The notes below the pieces were generated by a model. It worked only from the letters and a program-made list of their open reading frames with translations. It ran no database searches and was not told where the DNA came from. A stretch of DNA of 63,843 bases, the filler included, from Chiloscyllium plagiosum (taxonomy: Eukaryota): assembly GCF_004010195.1 (NCBI RefSeq). It is 6 parts of one record of this genome, joined end to end, with 100 filler letters (N's around TTAATTAATTAA, not from the genome) between each part and the next. Parts side by side here need not be neighbours in the genome. Positions count along the whole stretch, not along the records: positions 1 to 4,340 come from NC_057717.1; positions 4,441 to 8,640 come from NC_057717.1; positions 8,741 to 18,147 come from NC_057717.1; 3 more parts are not named here. One strand, written 5' to 3'. The position numbers were made by a program, and so were the translations under genes. Of this stretch, positions 1 to 12,990 are shown piece by piece (positions within the stretch are counted from its first letter, which is position 1; the number at the start of each line of letters is the position of its first letter).

Positions 1-345
1 GAGTTCCAACACACACTGTACGTTCTGTGTCCTTGTCACCATCAGTGCTTCCTCCGATTTGTTTTCAACATCGAGGGCAACTGAGTTATCGCCGAGGGAT
101 GATGTGGAGGGCATAGACGATTTTTTGAAAATCATTGACCTGTTTCCATGTAATTTCCCGGGTTCTGGAATCAATGTCGTAAATTCCAGGTTAACTCCTT
201 TCCTGATTATATAACACGGTGCCCCACCACTGATTGGCCTGTCCTGCCGGTGGGGAGGGACATGCCCAGGGATGGTGATGGGGATCATGAAACATTATCC
301 ATCAGGTCCGATTCCGTGAGTATGATGATGTCAGACTATTTCCTG
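1..345 (-). mobile_element. Degenerate CR1-group LINE APE endonuclease fragment
   Basis: Reverse strand reads ITIPGHVPPHRQDRPISGG, resembling the 'IPGY..xRxDR..RGGG' motif of LINE ORF2 endonucleases; many disruptions. Confidence 0.55.
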
Positions 346-823
346 ACCGGGTCAATATGGGAGATAAAGGTGGCAGTAGAGTAGGGGAATAATGCGTTAA
401 ACAGCTGAATGTTAGGCACTCTATCTCAATGTTGGCTGCATTCTCAAAACAGATTGAGGACTTTAATGCAAACGTTGAGGGAAATAGAGGCGGGTTAATG
501 GCTTTAGACAAACATGGCTACAGGTTGACCGGTATGGGAACTGAATATCCAGAAGATTTTACAGCTGAGTTTGTTACAAAAAACTGAAAAGGAGGTCGGG
601 TAGAACTCCAAATAATTGATGGCATCGGTATGATGGTAAAAGAAAATCGTATATCAAATGATCGAGATATTGTCTTAATGTTATTGCAATTTTATTCTAA
701 TTTCCAGTCGAGTGGAGTTTGTGGCGTGATTCCCACCATGAGGCTGAATGGAACTCAACAAACCTAATGGGCAGAATGATCTTTGCGGTGAGGGAGTTTG
801 TGGCTCTATTGCATTTTGTGATT

Positions 824-1620
824 CACATTTCCTGAAATAGTCTATACTGACATTCCTCAAAATATTCCGTAATCAAAGATCTTTGGAACATTCTATAGCA
901 GACACTCCCCAGAATATGCCAAACCGAATTTCCCCGGCACATTCTGCACCCACATTGTCCAGAACATTCTGTACTAGTCATTCCCTGGAACATTCTGTAA
1001 CCGACGCTCCCTGGTACATTGTATACCCGACATTCCCGGAGCATTCTCTAACCAACATTACCGGGAACATTCAATCCTGGACATTCCACGGAATGTCCCA
1101 CAACTGACATTCCCTGGAAAACTCTATAAACGCCATTCTACAGAATATTCTGTAACTAACATTCCCTGGAACATTGTACAGCCGATATTTCCCAGGTCGG
1201 TCAGCAACCGATATTAACCAAACTATTCTCCACCCAACATTCCCCGGACCATTCTGTCATCAACATTTCCCGGAACATTCTGCAACTAACATTCCACAAA
1301 ATCGTTCTTTCCCCAATATTTCCCGGAAAATGCTGCACTGACTTTGCCTGGAACATTCCCCATTTCCAACATTCCCCAGAACTTTCCTAGAAATATTCTC
1401 CACCCAACATTCCCCTAAACATTCTGTAATCGACACTTTATGACTCATTCTGTAAGTGACATTCCTCAGAACATTCTATGCCGACATTTCCGAGAACATT
1501 CTATAATCGTTATGCCTCAGAGCATTCTATACACAACGTTCTCCGGAACATTTGATACCCGACATTGCGGGGAACATTCCATACTCGACATTCCCTGGAA
1601 CATTATATAATTGACATTAT
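824..1620. repeat. Degenerate 26-bp tandem repeat (~30 units), consensus approx. ACATTCCCTGGAACATTCTGTAACCG
   Basis: ACATTC(C) recurs with alternating ~12/14-bp spacing throughout, e.g. TCATTCCCTGGAACATTCTGTAACCG near 978-1003. Confidence 0.9.
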
Positions 1621-2171
1621 TAGTGAACGGCCGGACGTTACTATATTTAATTAAAGATACAGTTCCAAGGGAAGAAATCACTTTCCACGGATGAGAGACA
1701 TTGTTTCGAAGTTCTGTCAGTTATTTACAAAATGAATACGTTTTCCCTGCATTTACATTTGTTCACGACAGAGGATCGACCATAATGAAGAGTAAAAAAA
1801 AACAAATTCCACACCTCCGTTTGTCTTCAAGGAACTGGGAGAGAATCCTTCAGGGCGGCAATGTTTACACGCTCCATATCAGGAAGCTGGATGGAGCTGT
1901 GCTTGCTCTCAAGAGTTCGAGTGTGTGGCATGTTCTAGAAACCATCTGCTCTTCCGAATTTATCTCTAAGTGTTTGGGGAGGGACGGTTTCTTGAGTTTT
2001 ACATCGTGTTTTTGTCAGTAACACATAACTTATCATCTGCTGTTTCAACTCAAATTACTTAAATAATTCTCTAAAAACAGTGAGACATTTGTAAATCTTA
2101 CGCTATACTCGGACAACTACGAAATTCACCTTCAGGCTGATGTACTATTTGTTTATTTTCCTTCTTCACAG

Positions 2172-3079
2172 TTAACGTAGTGACGATCTACATCCTGATT
2201 TATAAAGATTGTGGATTATCTCCATGTGTCAGACTTTACCTGGGGGCCATGGCAGTGGCGGATCTACTGGTCATTATTCTCGACCTGATATTGAGACACA
2301 TTCCCATTGTTTTTCGTGAGCAGTTATTTTTCCTGTTGTCCATCCCCATTTGTAATATCCACGCTGTCCTGCTTTATGCAGCCACTGACTGTTCTGTCTG
2401 GTTCACTGTCACTTTCACCTTTGATCGATTTATCGCCATTTGTTGCCAGAAGCTAAAAAGTAAATACTGCAATGAAAAAATCGCGGCTTTCGTTCTGGGA
2501 GCAGTGTCGGTGCTGAGCTGTCTAATGAACATTTTCTGGTATTTCCTGTACACAGCTCGTTATCGGCGGTGGAACAACCCCTGGTTTTGTCAGGTAACAA
2601 CCAGTGATTATTACTCCAGAGTCTGGGTCATCATCGAGTTCCGCCATCACATTCTGACCCCAGCTCTCCCATGTCTCATGATTCTGCTGCTCAATGTTTT
2701 CACCATCAGACACAGTTTATTGTCTGGCAGAGCCCGCAGGAGACTCCGGGTTCACACCGATGTGGACGCTCAGTGTGACAAAGAAATGAGAACTCGAAAA
2801 AGCACCATGATTTTAGTGTTTATGATTTCGGCCAATTTCGTCCTGTTATGGACAACGTTAATGGTGTATTCCATATGGAACCGGATGCGGTATATTATGG
2901 ATACCCCTGTGTATATAGATTGGTTTGTGCAGGAATTGGGCTTCATGCTGCAGCTCCTTAGTTGCTGCACAAACACTATGATTTATGCAGTGACGCAGAC
3001 TAAGTTCAGACAGCACCTGAAGAATGTGCTGAAGTACCCCTTTATCCAAATTCATCAATCAACCAAATTCACTCATTAA
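2172..3079 (+). CDS. GPR139-like: GPR139/GPR142-like class A GPCR, main coding exon (exon 2, mid-TM1 to stop); exon 1 not found upstream within the window
   Basis: Polypyrimidine tract plus CAG acceptor (ttttccttcttcacag, AG 2170-2171), phase-1 start (V)NVVTI. Motifs: YLGAMAVADLLV (TM2), Cys atop TM3, SVWFTVTFTFDRF, ECL2 PWFC, LTP (TM5), NFVLLW (TM6), LSCCTNTMIY (TM7), helix 8 KFR; TAA 3077-3079. No stops or frameshifts. Confidence 0.92.
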
Positions 3080-3974
3080 TCAATCCATCAGGTCATTTTT
3101 CTATGCCGTGAAGCAGCCTGTCGCTATGGAAGCAGACTGAGGGTAGCGCTGGTTTGTCCAACCTTATCTTACAAGCGGGTTGCATGGAGGCATTTCAATA
3201 TTTCTGTCAAATCGGGCCAGTGTCAATGTGCACCATACAACTGACTGTATCTCACACTTCATGTTGTAAACAAAATATGTTCATCAAAACAAATACAAAT
3301 TGACTGAGAAAACTATATTGTTGTTTGTTCTTGTATTGAAGAAGCTGCTGGACAGAGACAGTCTCAGCATCAAGTTCTGGTCCTCAGGAAAAGGTAGGGA
3401 ATAGGAGCCGAGCTCCGGAGTTGAGTTTAAGTCAGTCTGTCCTTGCTTTCACATCGGGGTCTCCCACTCTGAATGATCTCAGCAGAATCTATATTCCTCC
3501 CTTTGTCGTTTATCACTCTGTATCTCGTTTACACTCCCACAAAGACCATCCCTTTGTATCACCTCCTCTCGTTTGCATATTCTATTTCGTTGTCCCTCCA
3601 TTCCTCATTCTCCTTCACTCTCGTCCCATCTTTCACACTGTATCTTTCAACCTCTCTCTCTCTCCAAACCTGGCTTCCTCGAATCTTCCACCATCTTCCC
3701 TTTTTAGCGGAACAAACGTGGCTGTGGAGCTTCAAGGTGTTGCGACGGTAACAATACGGGACTTTAGCCAAATGTTATTGTTTGATGCGCAGTGTGTGTG
3801 TGAACACTGGCCGTTACTACGGCGTAAATGTGGCGTGGCACCACCGGCTATGGCTGAGACTAAAGGGTGGAGGTTGAACAATTGATTATTGTACATTGAA
3901 TATATCGTATGGGACCCACCCTCTGTTATGCATGGAACATGGATTCAAAAGCCATTTGTAGAGGATTCATTGGG

Positions 3975-4340
3975 GAGGGGGTCATAGGCCACTGCATGGA
4001 ACAGGCAATGCGTGGGGCAATGAGTGTGACACTTGCGGTTTTGATGGGAAGTAAGCGTGATGCTTGGGGGAATATGCACAGCAGTGATTGTGATGCTCAG
4101 TGACTGTGCGAGCGAGTTTGCCTTACTGTGGGGGTATCGGTGGAGGAGTGAGTGTGACGGTGAGGGAGTGTGCGGGAGAATGAGTGTGATGGTGAGGACC
4201 GAGTGTGACAGTGAGAGTGTTTGCGTGGCAGTGAGTATGAGGGTGTGTGTTCGTGCAGATGAGTAAGTGTGACAGTGTGGTAGTGTGAGGGAGAGGGAGG
4301 ATGATGGTGGGGGAGTGGGTGGAAGAGTGCGTGCAACAGT
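3975..4340. repeat. Low-complexity GAGTGTG/GT-rich degenerate simple repeat
   Basis: Repeated gagtgtga/gtgtg/gagtgag words running into a gap. Confidence 0.6.
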
Positions 4341-4384
4341 NNNNNNNNNNNNNNNNNNNNNNNNNNNNNNNNNNNNNNNNNNNN

Positions 4385-4396
4385 TTAATTAATTAA
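4385..4396. other. Assembly join linker TTAATTAATTAA inside a 100-nt N spacer (also 8685-8696, 18192-18203, 33718-33729, 57146-57157)
   Basis: Identical 12-mer giving stops in all six frames, centred between 44-nt N runs, five times in the window. Confidence 0.95.
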
Positions 4397-4440
4397 NNNN
4401 NNNNNNNNNNNNNNNNNNNNNNNNNNNNNNNNNNNNNNNN

Positions 4441-5090
4441 AAAAGACTTTACTGAAGTCCATGTTCAGCACATGAACTACCCTACCCTCATCCATATACT
4501 CGGTCACCTTCTGAGAAATCTCAATGAGGTTTGTGAGACACGACCCGCCCGTGACGAAACCATGTTGACTATCTCCAATCAAATTGATGCTTGTTCGATG
4601 ATTACGAATCCTATCTCTTATAATTATTCCCAACATTTTTACGACAACAGACGTAATGCTCACTGTTCTATAATAGCCTGGGCCATCTCTCCATCCTTCT
4701 TGTGCAAGGTCACAACATTTGCAGTTCTTCAGTCCTCTAAACCTGCAGAAGATGACGACACAAATATCAAGGTTAAAGGTTCCGCAATCTCCTCCCCAAC
4801 TTCTCAGGGAATCCTCGGAAAAATCCCTTACAGCCCAGTGAACTTACGCACTTTTACATCTTCTAGCATCGATAACACGTCCTCCTTACTAATCTCAATC
4901 ATTTGTAGTCCAATAGCACGTATCACAATCTTGTCTTCTACCATATGCTCCTTTTCCTGGATGAAATCTGNNNNNNNNNNNNNNNNNNNNNNNNNNNNNN
5001 NNNNNNNNNACTTCTGTCTTTGGCTGGCCATATTCCTACATGAGTCATTCTTTAATTCCTGGCATACCAATAGATATATTTAGGTTTCGG
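4441..5090 (-). mobile_element. CR1 LINE ORF2 (RT) fragment
   Basis: Minus-strand SQHGFVTGGSCLTNLIE...MDFSKVF, the CR1 'SQHGF..GRSCLTNL...YLDFSKAFD' signature. Confidence 0.85.
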
Positions 5091-8000
5091 TCAACCTTCT
5101 GCCTCACACTTTAAAATTTATTTAGCTTCATGTTGATATTTCGAAGAAGAGAAACAGCGTCCTTGACTTCACCCTGTTCATTCCTGTGCTACGCTCATCC
5201 ACCTCCCCGTGGTCCCCATTTAACCACCGACACTCAAAGAAAAACATGTCATTATCCATATGTAGTTTCATCAAAGGCAACATATTCCTGAAACATATTC
5301 TTTTCACCCCCTCTCGTATAACCACAGCTTCCAAATCTGCACACAAACTTCAGCAATGACCTAAGCAAAAGTTTTTGCAGCTCCAAATTGACTAACGTGT
5401 TGTTCTAACAGTGGCACGCCTGAAAATGGCAAGAATATAATACTCCTTCTCAATTACCCTCTTCAACTCTCCTGTCATATTCTTCGATCTGTGTTCAAGA
5501 GCACCAAGATGAATTTTCGCCTCTCTGAAACCAGTTGTCTTGCCATTCAATACGGTATGCCTTGTCTGTTCATTCGTCATTGTGTATCAGGTTTAAATTC
5601 AAACAGGCAAAATCAATTCATCTAATAAATGTTTAAGTATATTAATTGTAAACTACTTGGCTAATCTTTGTATACTCTGCAGGCTTAATTTGCATGGCAT
5701 TGTAATCCAACTCCGAAGTTCTCATCTCCACATGTCAGTTATTTGTGAATATCACGAAGATTAAGTGACACAAAAATGACCACTGTGGTATCCATTAATG
5801 CCAGTTTCATAAACTGTCCTTTACCAAACCATCGCGTCTGATTCTGAGTTTTTTAAAATCTATATTCCCAAAGACCTCTGGATCATCTGCGACTTTTGCT
5901 TCTTGCCTTTCTTACATTTGGGATTGTATCAGATTTATTGCTGAAATGCCGATTAATCGATTACCTGCCAAACATTTGGTTTCCTACTGAAAATAATTAA
6001 CCAGGATTTTTAGCCATGACTTCCAGCTCGCAAGGTTATGTGGACTTGCATATTCAAAAATTGTGTCTCATTTAACACCCTTCCGGTATGTGCCGCGTTG
6101 TCGCAAATGTTGCCAATTTGTTCCATATTCGTGACTGATCATTCCCTGGTTATTCGCTTCATCTTGATATAGTTGTGGAATATCTTTGAATTAACCTGTA
6201 CGTGGATCACCAGTGTTTTTTTCATGTCGATGATTTGCTCCTTTAATTGGTTTCTTGAACATTCACCAATGTACCAGGGTGGAGTGACTGAGGTTGCATT
6301 CTGACAATCATTGATTCACTTGTATCATCTGTATCCTTCCAATGACTGCTGGAACATCAATGCAATGCATCCAGTTCCTTTACGAGCGTAGGGAATCAAA
6401 GATATTGACTGGGGCACATACTGCAGTGTGGAACGGTTATTGTAGAACGTTAAAAACAGTGCATGAAGCTTTGTCTTTAATTTCAAAAGCCACGTTCTGT
6501 CCTTTTTTTGGAAATCCTCCGTATTTTGTCTTCCCATCTTTATATTTCTCTCTCCAACTGTGTCTCCATTGCCCCATGTGTCTTTTATTGATCACTCCAA
6601 ACACGAGACGAGGGGAAAAACTGAAGTCAGGAATTGTACAGATGGAAATAAAATGCTTGTGAAATTTAAGCAATGAAAAGTAGCCTATTAGAAGCATAAG
6701 TGAAGAATAGTAATTGAGAGATTAGAGAGGAGGAGATAAGAATATTGAACGGAAGCCAAAGTANNNNNNNNNNNNNNNNNNNNNNNNNNNNNNNNNNNNN
6801 NNNNNNNNNNNNNNNNNNNNNNNNNNNNNNNNNNNNNNNNNNNNNNNNNNNNNNNNNNNNNNNNNNNNNNNNNNNNNNNNNNNNNNNNNNNNNNNNNNNN
6901 NNNNNNNNNNNNNNNNNNNNNNNNNNNNNNNNNNNNNNNNNNNNNNNNNNNNNNNNNNNNNNNNNNNNNNNNNNNNNNNNNNNNNNNNNNNNNNNNNNNN
7001 NNNNNNNNNNNNNNNNNNNNNNNNNNNNNNNNNNNNNNNNNNNNNNNNNNNNNNNNNNNNNNNNNNNNNNNNNNNNNNNNNNNNNNNNNNTCAGCAATTA
7101 TAAACATCTCGTACGTTTGCGTCACACGGACCCAAACATTGATTGAGCAAAAGAGGCACTGTACTTCGAGGGTTCGAAGGTCCTCCTTAAGGCTGAAGAC
7201 GTTGATATGGCTGCATGCACCAGCACTTTTCGTATGCAGCAGAATCAAGAGGAGAGCTGAATGTCATTCATTTTTTTCTTTTGTTTTGATATTCTAAATC
7301 CCCCGTCAACTCTTGTGTTCTATTTCTCTTGTATTTATGGTCACGCTCACCACTTCTGTATGTTTCTCAAACAGGTTTCTTGGCTAATCACTGATTTTAC
7401 GAAATCCTGCCGTTGTCTCTCTTTCTTCTACACTCCTTGTCTCAGTCTCTGATACCAGATTACACTTTCAGCTTCCCAACCCCCGTTCTTCCCCTCCCGA
7501 CCCCCGTCTCCTTTTGACCGTATCTCGGACTCTGCTTCATCTCCTTTCCTGGATATAAACACGTTGTTTTTCACTGTACACTGCAGCTTAAGTAGTTTAT
7601 CAATGAGCGATCCGCTCGCGATATGGAATTGGTCCATGATGAAACATATTGCTTGGCTGTGTTCGCTTCAGAACCTGAAGTAAACTGAGCGTATTCATGA
7701 GTCCCTGAAACCCGGGAATCACCTTGCCACGATGATCACAGAGTTGTCATCATTGGATTTGCCTTGACACTTCCGACCTAATCAGAGCAAACAATTAGTA
7801 ATGTGTTCTGCTTTTGAATACAAAAGTTCTTAATTATTCTACTGTTGTGTATGTTTTCCACATCATATGCCGCATTTGAACATGGATGGCCATTTTAACA
7901 AACTCGCGAACAAACCAGGATGTCAATTGAGCCTGTTGAACAATTCAATGTTTTCCCCGATCTGATTTTAACCTCAGGTCAAAATTACTCTGGTAGTCTT

Positions 8001-8740
8001 ACATCCATTCAGTATTCAATAAGCATTCAACAAAATATTGAAATTACCTACATCCAATCACCTTTGAGAAAGAGAAAAAATGAAGACTCACAGGCCTATG
8101 ATATAACAACCAGAACATGCCTTTTTTTCTGTCTTAAATGGTCGCACCATTTAAAACAAGTGTTCATGGAACCTTTTGTCCTTAGAATAGGAAATATTTT
8201 GTCCAGTTCCACCAATTCAATCAGATCTTATATGTTTTAATATCGCACGTATTGGTTAAACAGCCATAATCATATTGAGTCGTGGAACAGGCTCCTGGGA
8301 ACAGAGCGTTCTTTGCTTGCATCTTAAATATTCAATTAAGACAGATGTCTGAGAGCAAGAAATTAACAACACAAAGAATGACAATTTCAACTTTGGTAAA
8401 CTGGCCAGACAGAAGGGAAATAAGACAATGAACATCTAATTTCAGGGTGGTTGATCAGGCAGATTTTGCGGGGGAAGGGGGATATGTGGCGGCGTCTTTG
8501 CGCGTTATAAATACAAAACCAAGTTAATTCGGGCTTCTGTTGAAGATTTTCGTCCATCTACGTCACATTCGTGAGGTTATGGTTGTGCTTTCAATTTCAG
8601 ACACATGGGGACTAAAGTTTCAGGATAGCTGGTGAGAAATNNNNNNNNNNNNNNNNNNNNNNNNNNNNNNNNNNNNNNNNNNNNTTAATTAATTAANNNN
8701 NNNNNNNNNNNNNNNNNNNNNNNNNNNNNNNNNNNNNNNN

Positions 8741-8884
8741 TTATGGGCATTTAAGCGGGCGTTGGATAGGCATATGGAGGATAGTGGGCTAGTGTAGGTT
8801 AGGTGGGCTTGGATCGGCGCAACATCGAGGGCCGAAGGGCCTGTACTGCGCTGTATTCTTCTATGTTCTATGTTCTATGTTCTA
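8741..8884 (+). mobile_element. CR1 LINE 3' end with (TTCTATG)n tail
   Basis: GGGCCGAAGGGCCTGTACTGCGCTGTA followed by TTCTATG x3. Confidence 0.85.
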
Positions 8885-9469
8885 AATGGCGTTCGACAGA
8901 AATACAAACAGACAGAGATTCGAGGGATATGAGGCATGTGCAGGCAAGCGGTATTAGTTTAAAATAGCCTCATGGTCAGCACAGCCATGGTCGATTAAAT
9001 GGCCGGTTATTGTGCTTTACTGTTGTACTTTTTAACCTCCCAGTCTCTACCATGGCAAAGGCACTCAGGATCTTGCATGTCCATTAAAATTCTCTTTCAT
9101 TCTTCTAAATTCCAATGGGTTCAAGCTTAATCGACTTATGATTAGAATATCCATCCATCCCCAAGATCAAGTGATCCTTCTCTTGCCACCTTGCAATGCA
9201 AACATAATTTTCTTCAGGGCACTTGTACTGTTCATAATGATCTGGGTTTCATCCGATTTCTTACTTGTATAGTTTTAGGAAGACTTCCCCCATTTTTGCA
9301 CTCCATTCCCTTTGTAATAAATGACAGTATCTTGATTGCTTTCTGTATTACATGGTGACCTGCACGCTGCCTGTTCCCCATTTCTAACCGCCCAGTATGG
9401 GCCCTGGCACAGGTACTCAGAATCTTGGATTCTCAGAACTCTATGTGCAGTCAGTCTGAAAACAAATGG

Positions 9470-11070
9470 TGCTAGCCTGACAGTAATTTGGGAACAGTTG
9501 GACTGTGTTAAAAAGGATATGGCAATATAAATAAATGCACACTTAGAAATAGTGGGATACGCATTATTTTATAAAAAGGGAATATTTAAAAACCTGCTGG
9601 ATTTTACTTTTGGCGTAACCATTAATGGCACAATTTGTAGGGGTGGGGTAGTGGATTTTAGGTTAGGGGATATTTGAATTTCGAGGAGCATTTTGAACAG
9701 TTTCAGAAAGGGATAAATTTTAGCGAGTGAGAAACTAAGGCCACTTAAAGTTCAATTAACTTGTCGCTGTGGAACCACTGTTGATGGCGTAGATCTGAAA
9801 CAAATGTTTTGTGTTAGGACTTCCTCTGGAGGAAGCCAGGGAAGCTCAGGAACTTAGAAAACCAATGATAATATCTTGGAAGTTGTTCACATTGTGGAAC
9901 AGGATGTGCTGGATGTTTTGAAATGCAAAGAAAGGTTTATTAAAAATAAGGACACAAGCAGATGTGTCCCAGTACCTTGTGAGACTCTCAAGAAAAACTT
10001 GTGCGATCACATGCGATATATTTGTATCATTGTCAGCCACTAAAGACCAATACGACTAAGGAATGCGCTGCATCCGTTGTTGGAGCAGATTCTGAGAGAA
10101 AAGATTATCATGCATTTGGAAAGGCAATGGAGAATAAGCAATAGGCACCATGGCCTTGTCCATAGAAAGTCATTTCTGACAAATCTGAATACCTTTTGAG
10201 GAGGTAGACAAGTGATAGATCAAGGCAGAGCAGTCGACCTTATCGACATGGACTATAGCAAGGCCTTTGACAAGGTTCTACATGGCAAAAGAAAAGAACG
10301 TAAGAACGACGAGAAGGGGTAGGCCGTCAGACCCTTCAAGCCTGCTGCACCATTCAATAAGGTCATGGTTTGCCTTTCCCTGGACATACCCGCGCACACA
10401 CCGTATCCCTGCATTCATTTTTTTTTCAAAAATATGTCGTCCTTAGCTTTAAAAACATTGACTGAAGTAATGTCAACGGCCTGACTGCGCTAGGAATTAC
10501 ATAGATTAAAAGCGCTCTGGGTGTAAAAGTTTCTTGTCAATTCAGTCCGAACTCTGCTCCCTATAATCTTGTGGCTATACCCCCTTGTCCGAGCCTTACT
10601 TGGCAGTGGAACATTCTCTCTACGTCTATCTTATCTATTCCATTCATAATTTCATATGTTTCTCTGAGATTCCCCCCGATTCGTTCGAATTTTAATGAAT
10701 ATAGTCCCAATCTACTCTTTGTACTCCGCATAAGCAAACACTCTCAACACGGAAATCAAGCTTGCTAACGTCCGCTGCACACTCTCCAGTGGCAATACAT
10801 CCTTTCCCAAGTATGGAGATCAAACTTCACACAATAATCTCGTTGTGGATTCACCAGAAACTCGTACAGTCGCAATATAAAACTCTCATCTTTTAATCTC
10901 AATCCTTTCACCAAAGAAGATCAAAATTTAATTTGCCTTTCTAATTAATGGTCGCACCTTCAGACAAACCTTCTGTGATTCATGCACAAGAGCACGCAGG
11001 TTCCCCTGCACAGCAATATGCTGCAACGTTTTTGCCATTCAAGTAATAATCCTTTCTAATGTTATTCCTG
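9470..11070. mobile_element. Cluster of decayed CR1 fragments (9470-10290 +, 10295-11070 -)
   Basis: Plus-strand remnant MDYSKAFDKV (10248-10277); reverse-oriented CR1 3' region starting with an AAGAAC-type tail near 10290. Confidence 0.7.
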
Positions 11071-11239
11071 AAAAAAAATTGAATGTGCCGGTGTTGGACA
11101 TGAGGTAGACAAAGTAAAAAATCACACAAAACCAGGTTATGAATCAACAGTTTTGTTTGTAAGCAACAGCTTTGCGACCACTGCTCTCCTTACCTACGTT
11201 CGTCTCATTGTCAATTTCTGACATGTTATTAGTGCCCTC

Positions 11240-11561
11240 CATTGTGAAGGGCATATAGAGTAGACAGTCAGAAACTTTTTCCCCGGGTCCAACAGAGTGT
11301 TACATGGGGACATAAATTTAAGGTGAAGGGTGGAAGGTATAGGGGAGATGTCAGGGGTGGGTTCTTTACCCAGAGAGTGGTGGGGGCATGGAATGCGCTG
11401 CCCGTGGGAGTGGTAGAGTCGGAATCATTGGCGACCTTTAAGCGGCATTTGGATAGGTACATGGATGGGTACTTAATCTAGGTTAGAAGTTCGGCACAAC
11501 ATCGTGGGCCGAAGGGCCTGTTCTGTGCTGTATTGTTCTATGTTCTATGTTCTATGTTCTA
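11240..11561 (+). mobile_element. Well-preserved CR1 3' end with (TTCTATG)n tail
   Basis: GGACATAAATTTAAGGTGAAGGG...CAGAGAGTGGTGGGGGCATGGAATGCGCTGCC...GGGCCGAAGGGCCTGTTCTGTGCTGTATTG(TTCTATG)3. Confidence 0.9.
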
Positions 11562-12990
11562 AGAACGATGCAAAACACCTGTCCAATGCCTCAGACATTT
11601 AAGTTCCATAACTAAATGCCTCAGCCAATTATTCGTGTTCCATAACTAAATGCTCCTCCTCATCATCTAGAAAAACTAAGATTTACTTTAGTTCCTCTTT
11701 TGAGTTGTTCATATACATAGAAAATTTTGCGAACTTTCTTTGTCTTCTGGAGACGTTTATCACGTGTTCTACCTTACTATTCTTCATAACGCATTTTGTG
11801 ACTTTCTGTTGACATTTGAAGTTTTCCCAGTCTTTTCGTTCCCTGCTGTTTTTGGAAATTTGTATCTCTTCTCTTTCAATTTGTTATCCTCCCTTATTTC
11901 CGAAGATACCCATTGCAGATTACCCCTTTTCTGACATTCGTTCCTTTTCACTGGAATATGCTTTTGCTGAGCACTTTGAAAAATAATACTTTGAATGTTC
12001 TCCGCTGGTAGTCAACATACTCACATTATACTCTTTGTTTCCAGTCTATTTGAGCCAAATCCTCGATCATTCTATTGTCGTCTCCCATGTTTAAGCACGT
12101 GATACTTGTATTGGATTTTATGTTAACACACTCCATCTGTACTCTAAATTGAAAATACTGTGATCGCTCCTTCCAGAAGATTTCTAAGGAACAGGTGATT
12201 AAATATTCCTGTCTCATCACGCAGGACCGGATCTCGGATAGCTTGCTCCCTCGTTGGTTACATTCCATACTGTTCAATCAACAATCACGGAAACACAGAA
12301 CGAACTTCTCTTCAAGTCGACTCTGACAGAGCTGGTTTCACCAGTTTACACATAGATGAAATCTCCCCATGATAATTGCCATACTAGTTTTACAGACGCT
12401 ATTTATTTCTTTGTTCATTGCCCACACCAGACTGGTTAATACGTTTAGACCACACACGATCAGGGAGTGCTTACCAACTGGTTTCAAAATTTAATTGACT
12501 GTCAGAGACAGAGCGTGTTCATAGTTGATGTTTGCCCAAAGTGCAGCCCTGTGACCAATGGTGTGCCGTGAAGTTCGGTGCTAGTCCACTGTTGTGCTTC
12601 ATTTATATAAACGCTTTGTATGAGAGTACAGGTGTTATGTTTAACAAGTTTATAAGTGACAATGAAATTGGCGGCACAGTAGATGGTGAAGTGGATTATC
12701 GAAGAGTACAACGGAATCTACAGTGCTGATACAGTGTTGATGTATAGCAAGTGGAGAACTAAACGACGTTACATTTTGCGAAGACAAATCAGAGCAGGAC
12801 TAGACTAGTTAATCTCCGTGCCCTGGAGTCGTGTTGTCAAACAGAAAAACCCAGGAATGTAACAACAGTTCATTGAAAGTTGTGTTGCAGGTAATCAAGG
12901 CTGGTGATGCTTGCCCTCATTGGTCAGAGCATTGAGAATAGGAGTTGGGATGTCATTTTCTGGCCGAACAAGACATTAGTGGAACCGCCA
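11562..12990. mobile_element. Decayed CR1 fragments (endonuclease region on -, RT region on + from ~12450)
   Basis: Plus ORF ...LLCFIYINAL...KFISDNEIGG resembles CR1 'PLLFxIYINDL...KFADDTKIGG'. Confidence 0.7.

Noticed and set aside
823..1448. Short Cys-rich ORFs
   Set aside because: Products of the 26-bp satellite.
4385..4396. Recurrent TTAATTAATTAA palindrome as a biological motif
   Set aside because: Always centred in fixed 100-nt N spacers; a six-frame-stop scaffolding linker. Order and orientation across these joins is uncertain.
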